Assembly (NCBI GenBank): GCA_002269645.1
Contig: NIVC01002745.1
Location: 1-36,364 of the forward strand
Source of the DNA: Macrostomum lignano
Taxonomy: Eukaryota
Direction: 5' to 3'
Length of the DNA: 36,364 bases
The translations under genes were made by a program, and so were the position numbers. Position 1 is the first letter of the stretch, and each line of letters begins with the position of its first letter. The notes under the pieces were generated by a model. That model worked only from the letters and a program-made list of their open reading frames with translations, was not told the DNA's origin and did not search any database. Shown in pieces: positions 32,794 to 36,364 of the stretch.

Positions 32794-33419
32794 ATCCGTA
32801 TAAATTAAGTATTTAAGTATAAGTATAAGTATATAAACAGCGTATAAATTAGAACAAAAATCTTCGGGTTTAATTAAATTCACAAATTGAAATTTAAACT
32901 TCAATAAAGAAATATGAATTGCTCATAAGCCTGTCAATGAATTTCACAATTTTTATTAGAAATTTGAGAATTTTTACACAGAACTGGTTTTAGTAATATT
33001 GCTGCAGCAGCATCAACGTACAATTAGTTAGTCAGTCAATTAAAACTTGTAGCTCTGACATTGATGTGGTCCAGCTCTTCTAAACTATAGTGAGTTAGAA
33101 GATTTATCTTAATCCTTTAGGTCGCGGAATTAGCGCTTGAAGTTTTAGAGAAGCATCGCTGACAGCAGAAGTTACGTAACAATGTTTTTTTGTGACACGC
33201 GACAGGTTTTATACGTACAGGGAGAGATTTTTTATTCGCTTGCGATAGGAATATTCGCTAATTAGCAGTAGGTATACTATAGTGACAGCAACAGCTAGCG
33301 CATGAGTATAATATTTAAAGTAGTAGGCAAATTCAAGCACTTATGCACAGACCATTTCGTAATTTTTGTCAGTCAAGCTGATAACTGAACCGACCAAGTC
33401 GAGAATGTGCAGCAGCCCC

Positions 33420-34830
33420 TTCATCATTCTACCCCCTCCACTTTATCCCATTGTCCCTTCACTCTACCTCCTTCTCCCTTCACTGTACCCTTCCTTTCAC
33501 TCTACCCCCTCCCTTCACTCTACCCCCTCCCTTCACTCTACCCCCTCCCTTCACTCTACCCCCTTCTCCCTTCACTGTACCCTTCCTTTCACTCTACCCC
33601 CTCCCTTCACTCTACCCCTTCTCCCTTCACTCTACCCCCTCCCTTCACTCTACCCCCTTCTCCCTTCACTGTACCCTTCCTTTCACTCTACCCCCTCCCT
33701 TCACTCTACCCCCTTCTCCCTTCACTGTACCCTTCCTTTCACTCTACCCCCTCCCTTCACTCTACCCCTTCTCCCTTCACTCTACCCCCTCCCTTCACTC
33801 TACCCCCTCCCTTCACTCTAACCCCTCCCTTCACTCTACCCCCTCCCTTCACTCTACCCCCTCCCTTCACTCTACCCCCTTCTCCCTTCACTGTACCCTT
33901 CCTTTCACTCTACCCCCTCCCTTCACTCTACCCCCTCCCTTCACTCTACCCCCTCCTTTCACTCTACCCCCTCCCTTCACTCTACCCCTTCTCCCTTCAC
34001 TCTACCCCTCCCTTCACTCTACCCCTCCCTTCACTCTAACCCCTCCCTTCACTCTACCCCTCCCTTCACTCTACCCCCTCCTTTCACTCTACCCCCTCCC
34101 TTCACTCTACCCCTCCCTTCACTGTACCCTTCCTTTCACTCTACCCCCTCCCTTCACTCTACCCCTTCTCCCTTCACTCTACCCCCTCCCTTCACTCTAC
34201 CCCCTCCCTTCACTCTACCCCCTCCCTTCACTCTAACCCCTCCCTTCACTCTACCCCCTCCCTTCACTCTACCCCCTCCTTTCACTCTACCCCCTCCCTT
34301 CACTCTACCCCCTCCCTTCACTCTACCCCCTTCTCCCTTCACTGTACCCTTCCTTTCACTCTACCCCCTCCCTTCACTCTACCCCTTCTCCCTTCACTCT
34401 ACCCCCTCCCTTCACTCTACCCCTCCCTTCACTCTAACCCCTCCCTTCACTCTACCCCTCCCTTCACTCTACCCCCTCCTTTCACTCTACCCCCTCCCTT
34501 CACTCTACCCCCTCCCTTCACTCTACCCCTCCCTTCACTCTACCCCTCCCTTCACTCTACCCCCTCCCTTCACTCTACCCCTCCCTTCACTCTACCCCCT
34601 CCTTTCACTCTACCCCCTCCTTTCACTCTACCCCCTCCCTTCACTCTACCCCTCCCTTCACTCTACCCCCTTTCACTCTACCCCCTCCCTTCACTCTACC
34701 CCCTTCTCCCTTCACGGTACCCCTTCACCCTTCATGGTACCCCCTTCTCCCTTCACGGTACCCCTTCACCCTTCATGGTACCCCCTTCTCCCTTCACGGT
34801 ACCCCCTTCACCCTTCATGGTACCCCCTTC
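33420..34830. repeat. ~18-19-bp polypyrimidine tandem repeat (CCTTCACTCTACCCCCTC)
   Basis: Seen directly. It explains the P/L/S/T-rich ORFs at 33366-34922. Confidence 0.96.
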
Positions 34831-35469
34831 TCCCTTATCTCTATCCCCTTTTGTATTCTCAACCTGATCAAATTGACAATACTATTGCTTTTGTGTGTTG
34901 GAAAACGGACATCCAAAGTTGAGAGCTTACAAAATTCTCATAAAGACAGTCTGGGCCATAGACTAATATGCCAATTTGAGACCATCAGGCCTCATTCCTC
35001 ATTACCCGTGTGGTGTTTGCACTTGAATTTTCGGCTATTGTTTTTTAATTAATCTACGAATGCAGTTTTACTGTTTAAACAATATAACGCTTATACGTGT
35101 ATATAATTAACTGGACATGGAGTGTAGTGTTAGGCGAAAAGCAAGCTCATTAATTATTCATCAATTATTGTTGACAATGTCTGTTTCGGACAATAATGTT
35201 ATGTTAATTAGCTAATTATGATTTACAGGTCTAATTAGATTTTCTCACCTAGACGACTTTTCCAGTTTCATTTTTACTGTCAAGGTTTTCCAGCTTTACA
35301 TGCGAAACTTTAAATGGTTCATGGAGCTGGGTCATTCAGGATATTTGGTTTGGAGTTCACTTTATCTGCCGTACACTGTACATTCGTAGCATGCCAACGC
35401 CTAAAACTTTTTAACTCCGCTGATATTATCCAAAGCGCCGATTCTGAAAAGAAGCGACATTTAATCTTT

Positions 35470-36060
35470 CCCAGCTAGAAATCCTTAGGGAAATCCTTAG
35501 ATAGAAATCCTTATAGGGAAATCCTTAGCTAGAAATCCCTAGGCGAGATCCATAGCTAGAAATCCTTGGCTAGAAATCCTTAGAGAATCCCCAGCTAGAA
35601 ATCCTTAGGGATTCCCCTGCTAGAAATCCTTAGGGGAATCCCCTGCTAGAATGTTTAGGGATTCCCCAGCTAGAAATCCTTAGGAGAATTCCCAGCTGGA
35701 AATCCTTAGGGAATTCCCAGCTAGAAATCCTCAGGGGAATCCCCAGATATTAGAAATCCTTATCGGATCTCCTGCTAGAAATCCTTAGGGGGATCCCCTG
35801 CTAGAAATCCTTATGGGAATCCCCTGCTACAATCATTAGAGGAATCCTCAGCTAGAAATCCTTATCAGAATCCCCTGCTAGAATGTTTAGGGGATTCCCC
35901 AGCTAGAAATCCTTAGGGGAATTCCCAGCTAGAAATCCTCCGGGGAATCCCCTGCTAGAATCCTTAGGGGAATCCCCAGCTAGAAATCCTTATCAAAATC
36001 CCCAGCTAGAATCATTACGAAAGTCCCCAGTTAGAAATCTTTAGGTGAACCTCCTGCTAG
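35470..36060. repeat. Degenerate ~25-29-bp tandem repeat (GCTAGAAATCCTTAGGGGAATCCCC)
   Basis: Seen directly. Confidence 0.92.
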
Positions 36061-36142
36061 AAGTCCTTGGCGGTAAAATGGCAGAATGCAATAGCCTTGT
36101 CGGTAAAGCTCGTTGGGAAATGTCGCACTCTCGATTGATTTA

Positions 36143-36364
36143 TTATTCATCAGTCAGCAGTTTCCCGACGGCTGCGTCGGCACCTGTCGCGCCAGTCGAT
36201 CCACCGCCAATCACGACGATGTGTCGACGCTGCGTCAACAATGTCCGCATCGAGGCGTTGACCTCGGCCATCGCGGCTTCGCCCAATGCGTGGTCGTCGT
36301 TGCAGTTGGTGTCGGGTGTAGCCGCGGCAGCCGCCACCTCATCGGCAGCAGGCAGGCTAAGCCG
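36143..36364 (-). CDS. Partial terminal exon of an unidentified gene, convergent with MRPL9
   Basis: The frame is open from the window edge (RLSLPAADEVAAAAATPD...HIVVIGGGSTGATGADAAVGKLLTDE*). GC-rich, ending in TAA TAA overlapping an AATAAA. Confidence 0.6.
   Translation of the reverse strand, partial: RLSLPAADEVAAAAATPDTNCNDDHALGEAAMAEVNASMRTLLTQRRHIVVIGGGSTGATGADAAVGKLLTDE

Noticed and set aside
33366-34922. Long Pro/Leu/Ser/Thr-rich ORFs
   Set aside because: The repeat lacks stops in all + frames, unit lengths are often non-triplet, and there are no credible splice or start signals.

Overview
This is eukaryotic (animal) genomic DNA with GT-AG introns, GC-rich exons and many different tandem-repeat arrays. 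That style suggests a repeat-rich invertebrate such as a Macrostomum-like flatworm, which is my inference only. Best-supported genes: (1) an 8-exon 26S proteasome subunit PSMD2/RPN1 (13217-29132, +); (2) mitochondrial ribosomal protein L9 (30861-31807, +), whose main exon has no in-frame start ATG; (3) a spliced + strand gene ending in an ERICH2-like exon (5353-11815), which probably includes a coding minisatellite exon of about 41 VLRQDS(E)V repeats; (4) the last exon of an unidentified - strand gene at the right edge. Mobile DNA comprises two tRNA/CORE-type SINEs, a hAT MITE with an 8-bp TSD, two copies of a TIR element, and a 2.2-kb TG..CA solo-LTR-like insertion with a 4-bp TSD nested in the second TIR copy. 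The most unusual signals are a diverged ~130-150-nt structured element with compensatory base changes (four copies, two just downstream of well-supported 5' splice sites), a one-nucleotide frame gap between PSMD2 exons 3 and 4, and a probable intron-split start codon in mRpL9. No CRISPR array, rRNA or intact tRNA gene was seen. Most short ORFs in the track are repeat artefacts.
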